Below, piece by piece: positions 18,354 through 28,321 of a stretch of DNA of 36,218 nt (positions are counted from its first letter, which is position 1; each line of letters begins with the position of its first letter). Source of the stretch: Promethearchaeota archaeon. Lineage in GTDB: Archaea > Asgardarchaeota > Lokiarchaeia > Sigyniarchaeales > SOKP01. Both the position numbers and the translations under genes were made by a program. The stretch spans positions 1-36,218 of the forward strand of contig JABXKD010000036.1 in the NCBI GenBank assembly GCA_013375475.1, in the 5' to 3' direction. The notes beneath the pieces were generated by a model. That model had not been told where the DNA came from and ran no database searches. It was given only the letters and a program-made list of their open reading frames with translations.

Positions 18354-19838
18354 TTATAACATGTCGTGCTTTACAAACACATTTGCTGCTAATTCAAGGT
18401 CCTCAACAGTGAGAGGTCTAGCTAAGGTTTTTTGGAGTTCCGCTAAAAGTTGCTCACATAAATTTAAGGTTAACGAACTGCCTTGTTTTTCAATCAGTTG
18501 CTGGAGCATTAACGGAAATTCATCATCCTTCTCCTCCACGATTTCTAATGTAGGACGTTTTTCTTCTGAAATAACTTTATTTATATCAAGCGTAATATCT
18601 TCTTTATCTATTTCTTCCCCGTCTGAAGAATCATCTGTGGAAAATAACAATAAATCTTCTGTTTTTTGCTTAATCTTTGTGGGGGATCTAGGTATTTCTA
18701 TGGGGGGTGCTTTTATTAGCGCATTACTTGTTGGTAAGGGTTGTACTTGAATTCTTCGAGTAAATTGAATTTTCCCAGGGATTTCAAATTTCTTTTTTGC
18801 GTCAATTTCCTTTCTAATTTTAGCTTGTTCGTCAACTCTTTCTTGTAAACTCTCTATTTTATTCTTGAGAGTAGTCATATAAGTAAAGTCTTGATATTCA
18901 TTAGAAATTTTTATTAATCCCTTGTACTTGGCAATCGCAAGAACATCGTTTCCCTCACTTTCTACATTTTTAGCTTCGTTAAACAATTCTGTGAAATTGT
19001 GAGGGAGTAATTTTTTAAGATTCAGAACCTTAGCAACTAAATTTTTAATCTTTTCTTTCGCACCTGCGTCAATTAAAGATACTTCTTCAATATTCGAAAT
19101 GTTTAATTCGTTTTTAATTATCCTTATATCTTCTTGTCGAACTAAATCACGTTTATTACCAATAATTAAAAGTTTGGAGAATTTACTTTCTTGTTTTTGC
19201 AAATCTAAAAAGTGATTAATCACTCGTAAATGATAATTAGATAAGTCGAAAAGAAGAATAACTAAATCAGAACCTTGGATGAATTTAGACCACAAAAGCG
19301 AGAAATTATCTTTTAGTTCAAAATCCCATAAATCGAATCTTAAATTGTCGATAGAATAGATCGAAGCTGATGCAAAATTCATAATCGGACGAGCTCCATT
19401 ACTCTTAAACATGTTAAATAACATAGTCTTTCCTGAATTATGAGGGCCTACGATAGCGATTTTAGAGTGTAGTTCATATTGTTGCTCTCGTAAGAAATCT
19501 ACAAACTCTCTTTTAACGTTATTAGATGTATTTATATCCTCTGGTTTAGGAAATAACTCGTTAAATTTCCGAATAGTATTTTCGATAGTAGGCCCAACAT
19601 ACTCAATACTATCAACAAGATCGGTAATAAACAAAAAGAGCATGTCTTTGTCAGACCTGTGGAATATTTGAAAGTTTTCAGACACGGGTTTCTGGAAAGT
19701 TTTGCCTATCATAGGCATATCTATATAAGATTGAATGATTTTGATTACATTATTCAATTCATCGTCTCCAAGTGCAAGAGCATAAGTGTGATTATAGATG
19801 CAATCATTTTTATGAAAAATGTGAATTTGGCGAAGCAT
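18354..19838 (-). CDS. longin-like domain + degenerate small GTPase + helical/low-complexity C-terminal fusion protein
   Basis: G1 GPHNSGKT, G3 reads WDFE (no Gly), G4 NKRD; N-terminal ~120 aa has the beta-beta-alpha-beta-beta-beta-alpha-alpha pattern of longins (inference). Confidence 0.75.
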   Translation of the reverse strand: MLRQIHIFHKNDCIYNHTYALALGDDELNNVIKIIQSYIDMPMIGKTFQKPVSENFQIFHRSDKDMLFLFITDLVDSIEYVGPTIENTIRKFNELFPKPEDINTSNNVKREFVDFLREQQYELHSKIAIVGPHNSGKTMLFNMFKSNGARPIMNFASASIYSIDNLRFDLWDFELKDNFSLLWSKFIQGSDLVILLFDLSNYHLRVINHFLDLQKQESKFSKLLIIGNKRDLVRQEDIRIIKNELNISNIEEVSLIDAGAKEKIKNLVAKVLNLKKLLPHNFTELFNEAKNVESEGNDVLAIAKYKGLIKISNEYQDFTYMTTLKNKIESLQERVDEQAKIRKEIDAKKKFEIPGKIQFTRRIQVQPLPTSNALIKAPPIEIPRSPTKIKQKTEDLLLFSTDDSSDGEEIDKEDITLDINKVISEEKRPTLEIVEEKDDEFPLMLQQLIEKQGSSLTLNLCEQLLAELQKTLARPLTVEDLELAANVFVKHDML

Positions 19839-20025
19839 TTTCTTCAGATTCTTTTTTTTAAGGAAACCTTTTTATTAGCTTTAATAATATATATTTAAAT
19901 TCTCATTAATATAGTTTACAATTTTCTTTAAGTCTAATTGAAACCCAATAGAAAAGTTTAGAATCTGTGTTTTATATTACATTCATTGTAAGATTGAATA
20001 ATTTTAATTAAAAAATCACCGAAAA

Positions 20026-20985
20026 ATGCCGCTAGAACCAGAACATATCGACAAATTCTTAGAAGAAGAAATCGATACTAAGATTAAAACAGAATTGTTA
20101 GAACTTTTAAAAAAAAGAATTGACAATTTATGTTTTAAAGAGTGCGAAATCGATAGAATCCAGTGTACGTTAACTCCACTTTGCACTCGTAGAACATTAT
20201 TAAAACTTCGGTTATTAAATGGGCTTACGATAGAAGATCAGCCTAAATTCTGTTATAGCGTTCATAAAAACATTATTTTTCGAGATTTCCGAAATAAAAC
20301 GGTAATTTACAAACCTAATGATGCATATTTGTATTTAGTAGATTTTTTTGATGTATTCTTCCACGGTGATTACAGAAAACTAAATAAATTTTTCTCCAAG
20401 CAAGATTTTAAAGGAGCCAAAAAAATTTTTGAAGATAGAATTAATAATAGGGAAGAAAATTTTCAATATCTTTTAACTAAGAATAAGAATTTTATGATCT
20501 TTAAGTACGACGAAAAAATCCATGTCTGCTTTATTATTGAAAATTATGCTCTTTGTAACGCGAACAGAGAAAATATTTCTAATCTGGAATTATTATTTGG
20601 ATTATGCAAATTATTTGCAAAGATATATTTTCCAGAAGTTAAGTTAAAACTAAACCATTCTAATTGCGTTGAAATAAAAACTTTTATCCCAAAAGATGCT
20701 CTTTTAAAAATTAGCAAAACACCTCCTACGGATGAAGATTCTAAAAGCGATAACTATATTTGGAATGTATTTCCTGGAGAATTAGACGCGTTAAGCCAAT
20801 TTTGTAAGGAAATTAATATATATATAGATTCAAAAGAAAACTTAGCAATAAAACTAAATATTGGTGTCGTACCAGAAGTTCGCATGAATAAAAATTCGAA
20901 TGCTTTGTTGAGGTATCGAGATTTACGATTAGTTTTCAATATTATATATCGATTGTATAATGATTTCTATATCTTGCATGTATAA
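20026..20985 (+). CDS. hypothetical protein with N-terminal Cys cluster
   Basis: Long ORF; CFKECEIDRIQCTLTPLC...FCYSVH; no family recognised. Confidence 0.8.
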   Translation: MPLEPEHIDKFLEEEIDTKIKTELLELLKKRIDNLCFKECEIDRIQCTLTPLCTRRTLLKLRLLNGLTIEDQPKFCYSVHKNIIFRDFRNKTVIYKPNDAYLYLVDFFDVFFHGDYRKLNKFFSKQDFKGAKKIFEDRINNREENFQYLLTKNKNFMIFKYDEKIHVCFIIENYALCNANRENISNLELLFGLCKLFAKIYFPEVKLKLNHSNCVEIKTFIPKDALLKISKTPPTDEDSKSDNYIWNVFPGELDALSQFCKEINIYIDSKENLAIKLNIGVVPEVRMNKNSNALLRYRDLRLVFNIIYRLYNDFYILHV

Positions 20986-21028
20986 AATTTAAATGGATAA
21001 AAAATTAAAGAAATAGCAAGTAGGTATA

Positions 21029-22240
21029 ATGACTGAAAAAGACCAAAAAAATCCTGAAATTATTAAAATCCAAGATTTCGTAAAAGATGGAAGAATCGAT
21101 GACGCAGTAAACATCATCGCATTATATCTTGGAGATTCAACTCAAGATGATTATCTTGATAGGTTAGAGGACATTATTGAAATGCTCTTATCACTTCACG
21201 GTGGAAGAACTGTATTGAGGTTCTTAATAGAACGCCTAATTATAGATATTCCATCCTTATTAGAAAATCTTTCTAAACGTGATTCAGTTTTACGATATTC
21301 TTTCTTATTATTATTAAAAACATTATGCGAGAACGAGTGTGATTTATTCCTCCCTCATAGCGAGGATTTATTAGATTCTGACGATCCTAATGTTAGAGAA
21401 GCTGATCTTCAGCTAATAATTTTTATGGCAGGAGGAGAGGCTGAGGTTGATGACGAATCACTTATAGCCAAAATCGCTTTAAGGTTAGCAGATGAACAAG
21501 AGTTTGTAGTCGAAAAAGCAATTCAAGCTTTGATATCAATAGGGAGAAAGCATCCATCTTTTGTCACCAAAGCAGTTACAAATGCAGCTAAGGAAGATCC
21601 CGAAAATGAAGAGTTAAAAAAATCAGTAGATTCCGTTTTAAAATCAATAGTTACCGTTGAAAAAATTGAAGAAATTAGAGAGGAAACTCCGTCAGAAGAG
21701 ATCGAGATAAGTGATAAAGAGCTTGAATTAAAGAAAAAAGAAATAGAAATCAAGAAAAAAAAGATAGAATTAGAAGAAAAAGAAAATGAATTAGAAGAAA
21801 AAATTATATTAGAAAAGGAGAAAACTCTTAAATTAAAAGAAGAAATCCTTGAAAAAGAAACGATAGTTCCACCAGAAGCGGATCTTATACCTAAAAAAGT
21901 TAAAAAACAATTGAAAAAGGAAGAATCAGATATTATCGATAAAGAGATCGAGCTTAAGAAGAAAGCTTTGGAAATCAAAAAGAAAAAACTAGAACTGGAG
22001 TTTAAAGAGCGCGAAATTGAAGAGATGGTAATAGAAGAAAAAGAAAAAACATTAAAAATAAAAGAAGAACTAATTGAAAAAGAAAGCGAATTATCTCGAG
22101 CAGAAATTGAATTAAAACAAAGGATTATCAAAGAAAAGGAGCAGAAAATTATAGAAAGTGAAATCAAAAGAGCAGTAGAAGAGTTTATGCTTACTGATGA
22201 CAAAGAGAAAGAAGAGGAAAACAAAAAGGAGAAAGATTAA
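21029..22240 (+). CDS. HEAT/ARM-like repeat protein with E/K-rich helical C-terminus
   Basis: LLDSDDPNVREA and LADEQEFVVEKAIQALISIG HEAT-like units; C-terminal half is almost all E/K/I/L. Confidence 0.85.
   Translation: MTEKDQKNPEIIKIQDFVKDGRIDDAVNIIALYLGDSTQDDYLDRLEDIIEMLLSLHGGRTVLRFLIERLIIDIPSLLENLSKRDSVLRYSFLLLLKTLCENECDLFLPHSEDLLDSDDPNVREADLQLIIFMAGGEAEVDDESLIAKIALRLADEQEFVVEKAIQALISIGRKHPSFVTKAVTNAAKEDPENEELKKSVDSVLKSIVTVEKIEEIREETPSEEIEISDKELELKKKEIEIKKKKIELEEKENELEEKIILEKEKTLKLKEEILEKETIVPPEADLIPKKVKKQLKKEESDIIDKEIELKKKALEIKKKKLELEFKEREIEEMVIEEKEKTLKIKEELIEKESELSRAEIELKQRIIKEKEQKIIESEIKRAVEEFMLTDDKEKEEENKKEKD
21713..22084 (+). repeat. intragenic imperfect direct repeat, two ~147-nt copies 225 nt apart
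   Basis: DKELELKKKEIEIKKKKIELEEKENELEEKIILEKEKTLKLKEEILEKE (21713-21859) versus DKEIELKKKALEIKKKKLELEFKEREIEEMVIEEKEKTLKIKEELIEKE (21938-22084). Confidence 0.8.
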
Positions 22241-22256
22241 GCTTTAATAATTCTTT

Positions 22257-23273
22257 CTAATTAATTTTATCTTCAGTTATCGGAGCGGTATACAAGCGCT
22301 TCACAATTTTCCTTATCTCGCCTACTTTTACGCTATCAGCGGGTAAATTTTTTTGTATTGCTTTAGCAAGACTGTAGGCAAGCTCAATATAATTCAAATC
22401 TTCCAAAAATTCGACAATCTGGATTTTATAATCGTTGTCTTCAACCCCTGTTCCATATTCCATCAGTTTCTCTTTCAATAAAAGATCAATTTTGTCAGTT
22501 CTTTCGATGTGGCGTACTTTCTTAACTAATTGTTTAAAAGAATTGAAGATATTGTAAAGTTCCGACTGAGGATAATCATCTATGTTCCTTAAAACGTAGA
22601 ATATAAAGAGTTCGGCTTTTTCATATCGCTTTATTTTTAAACTTATTTCTAAAAGCTCAAGAAGCGCTTGTTCGTAAAGGAATTTACTTTCCATATTGGG
22701 TACAATTTTTTCAAAAATCCAATCGATCAAATTTGGCTGATTAAACCTTTCTATTACATCAATGAGGAGTTTTATTATAGAAAAATACAACTTAGCGTTT
22801 TCCGTTTTGGTAGCAGTCAAAAATGAAACTAAAGCATATTTAACTCTACCCATGGCATCGTCTAAATTAACTGGAGTTTCAGCAAATTTATAAAACGCAG
22901 ATTCTAAAATTGGTTGAACTTTTGCTCTATTTTTAAAATCATATATAAAATATTCGCTCCAATTTGGAGCGATTTTATCCGGAGCAGCCTTTTCTTTCTC
23001 TTTTGCAGGAACAGTCTTTAACGGCGCCGGTTTAGAGCTTTGAATTTTTTCAGAGAGATTCTTTGCTTCGGTTTCAGACAAAAACTCTAAAATAATTTTA
23101 TTCTTTTCATTAGGAACAATAAGTTTAAAAAATATATCTTCAGTTTCATCAAATAACGCTTCTCTTAATTCTTTTGGGAACGTAACACCCGTTTTAGTTT
23201 TTTTAATTACATCCTGAAAAAAAACATCTTTATCTGGTTCTTTATCTTCTGCCATAATTAATGTTAAGAACAA
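22257..23273 (-). CDS. hypothetical protein: AbrB-like N-terminus, linker, alpha-helical solenoid-like C-terminus
   Basis: GVTFPKELREAL resembles the AbrB/MazE 'i.iPk.iR..L' motif; P/A/K linker; helical remainder. Likely start is ATG at 23255. Confidence 0.75.
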   Translation of the reverse strand: MFLTLIMAEDKEPDKDVFFQDVIKKTKTGVTFPKELREALFDETEDIFFKLIVPNEKNKIILEFLSETEAKNLSEKIQSSKPAPLKTVPAKEKEKAAPDKIAPNWSEYFIYDFKNRAKVQPILESAFYKFAETPVNLDDAMGRVKYALVSFLTATKTENAKLYFSIIKLLIDVIERFNQPNLIDWIFEKIVPNMESKFLYEQALLELLEISLKIKRYEKAELFIFYVLRNIDDYPQSELYNIFNSFKQLVKKVRHIERTDKIDLLLKEKLMEYGTGVEDNDYKIQIVEFLEDLNYIELAYSLAKAIQKNLPADSVKVGEIRKIVKRLYTAPITEDKIN

Positions 23274-23348
23274 TAATTTTTTAATTATATGTCGGAATAG
23301 AATAAGAAGTTGTTAATATGCAATTAAATCTTTCTATAAAGAAAAAAA

Positions 23349-23942
23349 TTAACCGGTAACATTTACTAATTCTACTCCCCTAATATCGTAATTTTTGTCA
23401 ATAAAGCATAAGATTGCATGTCCTTTATGGTTATATACGATAGGGACAGGATATGACTCTGCGTTTTCAATAAAGCTTCTTTTAACGATTACTGGAAGGA
23501 TACCATTACATACCATACAAGGGACCTTAAGATCCATAACTAAATTTAATGAGTTAAAGTCATTAATAATATTATCAATTTCTTCTTTAAAGGAACTAAA
23601 CATACTAATGGAGAAATTATCATATTTTATGTAAGACTCAATATCATATATCCCGTTAAATACTTCAGAAACTTTTTCAATAAAAGCTTCTAATAATTGA
23701 AATTGAACTTCATTATTTGAGCCAACAGTATAAATCAAGTTTTTCAATCGGATATGGACAATTTTCATTTCTCCTCTAAAGAGATGAAAAAAGATATTGC
23801 TTACAGGATTTTTTTTTATAACGTTTAAGTCTAGAATATAACTCTTATATGATTTTAGGGGTTTCCATTCAAATATTGTGAACTTGTCAGTGCTAATGTT
23901 GAAAAATTTGAGATTTTGCAAAATTCGTGAATAGTCTACCAT
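23349..23942 (-). CDS. longin-like protein with C-terminal CxxC / His domain
   Basis: VHIRLKNLIYTVGS..LLEAFIEKVSEVF...FSSFKEEIDNII longin-like pattern (inference); C-terminal VPCMVC...YNHKGHAILCFIDKNYDIRGVE. Confidence 0.7.
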   Translation of the reverse strand: MVDYSRILQNLKFFNISTDKFTIFEWKPLKSYKSYILDLNVIKKNPVSNIFFHLFRGEMKIVHIRLKNLIYTVGSNNEVQFQLLEAFIEKVSEVFNGIYDIESYIKYDNFSISMFSSFKEEIDNIINDFNSLNLVMDLKVPCMVCNGILPVIVKRSFIENAESYPVPIVYNHKGHAILCFIDKNYDIRGVELVNVTG

Positions 23943-24191
23943 AATAATCTGTCGTAGGGTGTAATTTATACTGTATTATATGTTTGAATATATTTTTAAT
24001 GCAAAATTATAATTCAATTTTTTAAATATTACAAATAAACTTTATTAAATATATCTGAGCTTTCCTATTTAATCTTTTACAGCTAATTAAACAAAAATAG
24101 GTTTTTTATCCAAATTAAAGGATTAAATGGAAAGGTTTTTTTAACAATCTATTATATTACATTCGCTATTAACAAGTATAAATTCATACTT

Positions 24192-25022
24192 ATGAGTTTT
24201 GCAAATATACATGGTATAAAAATATCATATCGAGTTTACGGTAATGGCTTTCCTGTGGTTCTCATACATGGTTATGGTGCAAAAAAGGAAATATGGAAAC
24301 CTCAAGTTGCGGAAATTAGCAAAAAGTTTAAAGTAGTAATTTTTGATTTGCGTGGAACTGGAGAAAGTGATCGACCAAATATTCCCTACACTATGAAGAT
24401 GATGGCTGAAGATGTGAATGAATTAATAGAGTCTTTAAATATTAGAAAAGCGCATATTATAGGACGATCATTCGGAGGTATGATTGCTCAAAATTTTGCT
24501 CTTCTCTATCCAGAAAAAATTGACAAACTCGTTTTGATTGCCACTAATTATGGTAGAAAGGATACAGAATGGGTTGAAATTCCAAAAAAGGGTAGACTTG
24601 CAGAAATTAAAACTTTAGAACACGACCCGTTGAAAGCATTCAAACAAAAATCAAAATGGCTCTTTCATATTAAGTTTAGAAGAGAAATGGAAGCACATCC
24701 AGCCAAAAGATTTTATGAAGTCTTTTCGATGGAAGATTTAATTAGGGAAAGCACGATTAGCCCTTCAAGACCACAAGATATAATTAATCAAGCAGAAGCT
24801 ATGAAAACACATTATACTTTTGATAAATTAGGTGAAATTAAACAAAAAACTCTTCTTATCGCCGCTTCTCACGATAGACAGACGCCTGTATCAGTCATGA
24901 TAGAAATGAATAATAAAATCCCTAATAGTAAATTGAAAATCATAAATGAGGCTGGACACTTTATGACTCTCTCAAGAGCTTCAGAAGTTAATAAAATGAT
25001 TCTTGATTTCTTGGAGAATTAA
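24192..25022 (+). CDS. alpha/beta-fold hydrolase
   Basis: LIHG oxyanion motif, DLRGTGESD, nucleophile elbow GRSFGG, acid D (SHDR), catalytic H (AGH). Confidence 0.93.
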   Translation: MSFANIHGIKISYRVYGNGFPVVLIHGYGAKKEIWKPQVAEISKKFKVVIFDLRGTGESDRPNIPYTMKMMAEDVNELIESLNIRKAHIIGRSFGGMIAQNFALLYPEKIDKLVLIATNYGRKDTEWVEIPKKGRLAEIKTLEHDPLKAFKQKSKWLFHIKFRREMEAHPAKRFYEVFSMEDLIRESTISPSRPQDIINQAEAMKTHYTFDKLGEIKQKTLLIAASHDRQTPVSVMIEMNNKIPNSKLKIINEAGHFMTLSRASEVNKMILDFLEN

Positions 25023-25140
25023 AAATTTGATTATAATCACCCTTAAATAGGACAAAATTGTAAGATAGCATGAGAAAATTTTTATATCCTAAATCTAAAA
25101 ATCTTAATTAATACTCATTAAATCTATTATTATAGTTATT

Positions 25141-26832
25141 ATGAAAGATTACTCAAGTTGGGAACCGATTTATGATTATGAGAACGAGTCTCCTTATTTG
25201 GAGAATTTTAGCAGACCGTGGTTAAAATACAGACCCTCAAATGTACCGAAATCTATAAAATTTGACCCTATACCCGTCCATGAATTTATAAAACTAACAG
25301 CTAAGAAATTTCCTAATAATGTATGTGTTTACAACAAACCAGCTGATAAAAAATATACCTACCGAGAGCTAATCCACATTTCTAGTAAGTTAGCTAATGC
25401 TTTATTTCAATTAGGAGTAAAAAAGGGAGATACTATAGGTATTATGACTTCAAATTGTCCAGAGTTTCTTTTTTGCTGTATTGGTATTCTGGAAGCAGGT
25501 GCTATTGTAGTACCAATCAATCCTTTGCTTAAAGAAAACGATGTAGCTCATATTATTAGGGAATCTGGAAATATGCGATTAGTCTTCGTGCATAGAGGAA
25601 ATTATAGAACAATGAAAAAAGTTCAGAAAGAGGCGAAGATTGAAAATATAATCTTGCTTCAAGCAGACACAGCAAAGGAAGGTGCTACTACATTTGAAGA
25701 CTTCATTTCCGATGTAGCCCCAATACCACCAGATATAGAATTTAATCCTTCAGACGATCTTGCAGCTTTATTGTTTACAGGTGGGACTACAGGCTTACCT
25801 AAAGGCGTTATGCTAACACACAATAATTTAGTTTTTTGTACCCTTTCAACACTACTCATGGGAGGAGAACCTGAAGAAGGAGAGGATAGATTTGGGAAAA
25901 CTGTTAATCTCTCGATTTTACCGTTATGCCACTCGTTCGGTTTTTTAATATCCATTATTGCTTTATTTGGAGCCGCTATGCTGGTCATATTTGCTTCTTT
26001 CAATTCTACCGATGTTCTTGAAGCTATTGAATATTATGGAGTAACAAATTTTGTAGGGGTTCCTGTTATGTATCAAATGATAATTAATTCGCCTGACTTC
26101 ACCGAGCGAGATCTTTCAAGCCTCGAAGAAGCAAACTCCGGTTCAGCCGCATTACCTCCAGATTTAGCTAAGAAATGGGAAAAAGTAGTAGGATTTAAGG
26201 TAGGACAAGGTTTCGGGTTAACAGAAACTTCCCCTATCACTCACATTGCCGCCAAATGGATGCCTGAAATACGTTCGGAGAGCATAGGTATTCCAATAAT
26301 TGATACGGACGCGAAGATTGTTAATCCAGACACTTTAGAAGAGTTGGAACCCGGTGACATCGGAGAATTATTAATTAAAGGACCTCAAGTAATGAAAGGG
26401 TATTGGAAAAATCCCGAAATAACCAACGATACGATTATAGATGGTTGGTTAAGGACGGGAGACTTAGCAAGGATGGATGAACAAGGGTATTTTTACATTG
26501 AAGGCCGTTCAAAAGATATCATTAAATATAAAGGCTATAAAGTAATGCCTCGAGAAGTCGAGGAAAAATTATACGAACATCCAGCAATTCTCGAAGTAGG
26601 TGTAGTCTCAGCCCCGGATGAAAACATCGGAGAAACGATTAAAGCATATGTAGTGTTAAAGCCTGAATATAAAGACGGAAAAATCACAGAACGAAATATT
26701 ATCGATTGGGCTAAAGAACGACTCGCAGCTTACAAATATCCCCGCCAAGTTGAATTCATAAACATCTTACCACGAACAGCTGTAGGTAAAATATTCCGAA
26801 GAAAATTAAGAGAAAGGACAATGAAAAGTTAA
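25141..26832 (+). CDS. long-chain-fatty-acid--CoA ligase (AMP-binding family)
   Basis: FTGGTTGLPKG, GFGLTETSP, GWLRTGD, GRSKD, LPRTAVGKI. Confidence 0.95.
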   Translation: MKDYSSWEPIYDYENESPYLENFSRPWLKYRPSNVPKSIKFDPIPVHEFIKLTAKKFPNNVCVYNKPADKKYTYRELIHISSKLANALFQLGVKKGDTIGIMTSNCPEFLFCCIGILEAGAIVVPINPLLKENDVAHIIRESGNMRLVFVHRGNYRTMKKVQKEAKIENIILLQADTAKEGATTFEDFISDVAPIPPDIEFNPSDDLAALLFTGGTTGLPKGVMLTHNNLVFCTLSTLLMGGEPEEGEDRFGKTVNLSILPLCHSFGFLISIIALFGAAMLVIFASFNSTDVLEAIEYYGVTNFVGVPVMYQMIINSPDFTERDLSSLEEANSGSAALPPDLAKKWEKVVGFKVGQGFGLTETSPITHIAAKWMPEIRSESIGIPIIDTDAKIVNPDTLEELEPGDIGELLIKGPQVMKGYWKNPEITNDTIIDGWLRTGDLARMDEQGYFYIEGRSKDIIKYKGYKVMPREVEEKLYEHPAILEVGVVSAPDENIGETIKAYVVLKPEYKDGKITERNIIDWAKERLAAYKYPRQVEFINILPRTAVGKIFRRKLRERTMKS

Positions 26833-26902
26833 ATGTTTATCCTTTATATGTCAGAATATCTGAATTTATCATATTGAACTAGCAAGAAAGAAGGTAAAAA
26901 TT

Positions 26903-28321
26903 GTGAATAAAGAAGAAATTTGTTATATGTCTGCTTATGAAATGGTTAATGCTATTAAAAACCAAGAAATTACCTCAGAAGAAATAACTGAGGTTATAAT
27001 TGAAAGAATTGAAAAAATCAATCCTATCATTAACGCTTATTGCACTACAACCTTTGAAATGGCGCGAGAAATGGCAAAACGCGCTGATAAAAGGGTAAAG
27101 AATGGAGCAAATATTGGAATTCTTAATGGAGTACCTACATCAATAAAAGACCTTATGGTAGTTGAAGGCGTTAGAACTACATATGGTTCTAAAATATATG
27201 AAAACAATGTTGCTACAGAGGATTCCATCGTGGTAAAACGATTAAAAGATGCAGGGTGCGTAATACTAGGAAAAACGAATACTCCTGAATTCGGACATAA
27301 AGGTGTAACTGATAATTTAATATTTGGTCCAACACTTAATCCTTGGAACTTAGAAAGAACTTCTGGTGGATCGAGTGGTGGAGCGGCAGCTTCCGTTGTT
27401 ACGGGAATGGGCCCTCTAGCTCAAGGGTCAGATGGTGGAGGATCAATTCGCCATCCCGCCTGTTTTTGTGGTGTTTATGGGATAAAACCGACTTTTGGGA
27501 GAGTCCCAAGATATCCAAGACTGTTTATTTCAGCTCAAGACTGTTCTGCTACAGGTCCTCTAGTAAATCATATATCTGACGCGGCTCTCATGCTCGATGC
27601 AATAAAAGGGCCTTTTGAAGGTGATAGATTCTCGCTTCCTGCTGATAATATTAAATATATTGAGCATTACAATGAAATTCCTAATAAGTTGAGAATAGGC
27701 TATTCGTTTGATCTAGGATTTGCCAAAATCGTGCAAAACGACATTAAAGAAAGTGTGCTGAAAGCTATTGAAAAATTCTCTCAATTTGATTGGGTTACAG
27801 AAAAGGTCAAAATTAAAAGAACTCGGGTTTCAGAAGCATTCAGCATTAATTGGTTAGTGACTTTTGCTTACGAACTTCAACCATTCCTTGAGAAATGGAA
27901 GGATAAAATGGATCCAAATTTAGTTAAATGGGTTGAAGCTGGTTTAAGCTATCCAGCTTCATCACTCCCTAGTTCAATGATGACAAGAGAGAAGTTCTAT
28001 AGAGTACTCCATAGTACTTTCCAAAATTATGATGTTTTGATTACTCCTACTACCGCTGTTACAGCTTTTGAATGTGGGATAGCAGCTCCTACAATAATTG
28101 AAGGGAAAGGAGTATCTCCTACAGGGTGGCAAGCATTTACCTTCCCATTCAATTTTACAGGGCATCCTGCAGCCTCAATTCCTTGTGGATTTGATCGTGA
28201 TGGATTACCTATCGGAATGCAAATTGTAGGAAAGCTACATGATGAATTAACAGTTTTGCAAGTTTCAAAGGCTTTTGAAGAACTAGCCCCTTGGCAAAAT
28301 AGGCGACCAATATTGAATTAA
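26903..28321 (+). CDS. amidase-signature family enzyme
   Basis: GVPTSIKD, GKTNTPEF, GGSSGG, GSDGGGSIR.PA..CG, FNFTGHPA.SIPCG. GTG start after GAAGGT. Confidence 0.95.
   Translation: MNKEEICYMSAYEMVNAIKNQEITSEEITEVIIERIEKINPIINAYCTTTFEMAREMAKRADKRVKNGANIGILNGVPTSIKDLMVVEGVRTTYGSKIYENNVATEDSIVVKRLKDAGCVILGKTNTPEFGHKGVTDNLIFGPTLNPWNLERTSGGSSGGAAASVVTGMGPLAQGSDGGGSIRHPACFCGVYGIKPTFGRVPRYPRLFISAQDCSATGPLVNHISDAALMLDAIKGPFEGDRFSLPADNIKYIEHYNEIPNKLRIGYSFDLGFAKIVQNDIKESVLKAIEKFSQFDWVTEKVKIKRTRVSEAFSINWLVTFAYELQPFLEKWKDKMDPNLVKWVEAGLSYPASSLPSSMMTREKFYRVLHSTFQNYDVLITPTTAVTAFECGIAAPTIIEGKGVSPTGWQAFTFPFNFTGHPAASIPCGFDRDGLPIGMQIVGKLHDELTVLQVSKAFEELAPWQNRRPILN

Noticed and set aside
21523-22224. 233-aa Ser/Phe-rich antisense ORF
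   Set aside because: Expected mirror of GAA/AAA-rich coding on the opposite strand.
26903-28321. Calling the amidase gatA
   Set aside because: No gatB or gatC nearby and GatA-specific segments were not evident; kept as a generic amidase.
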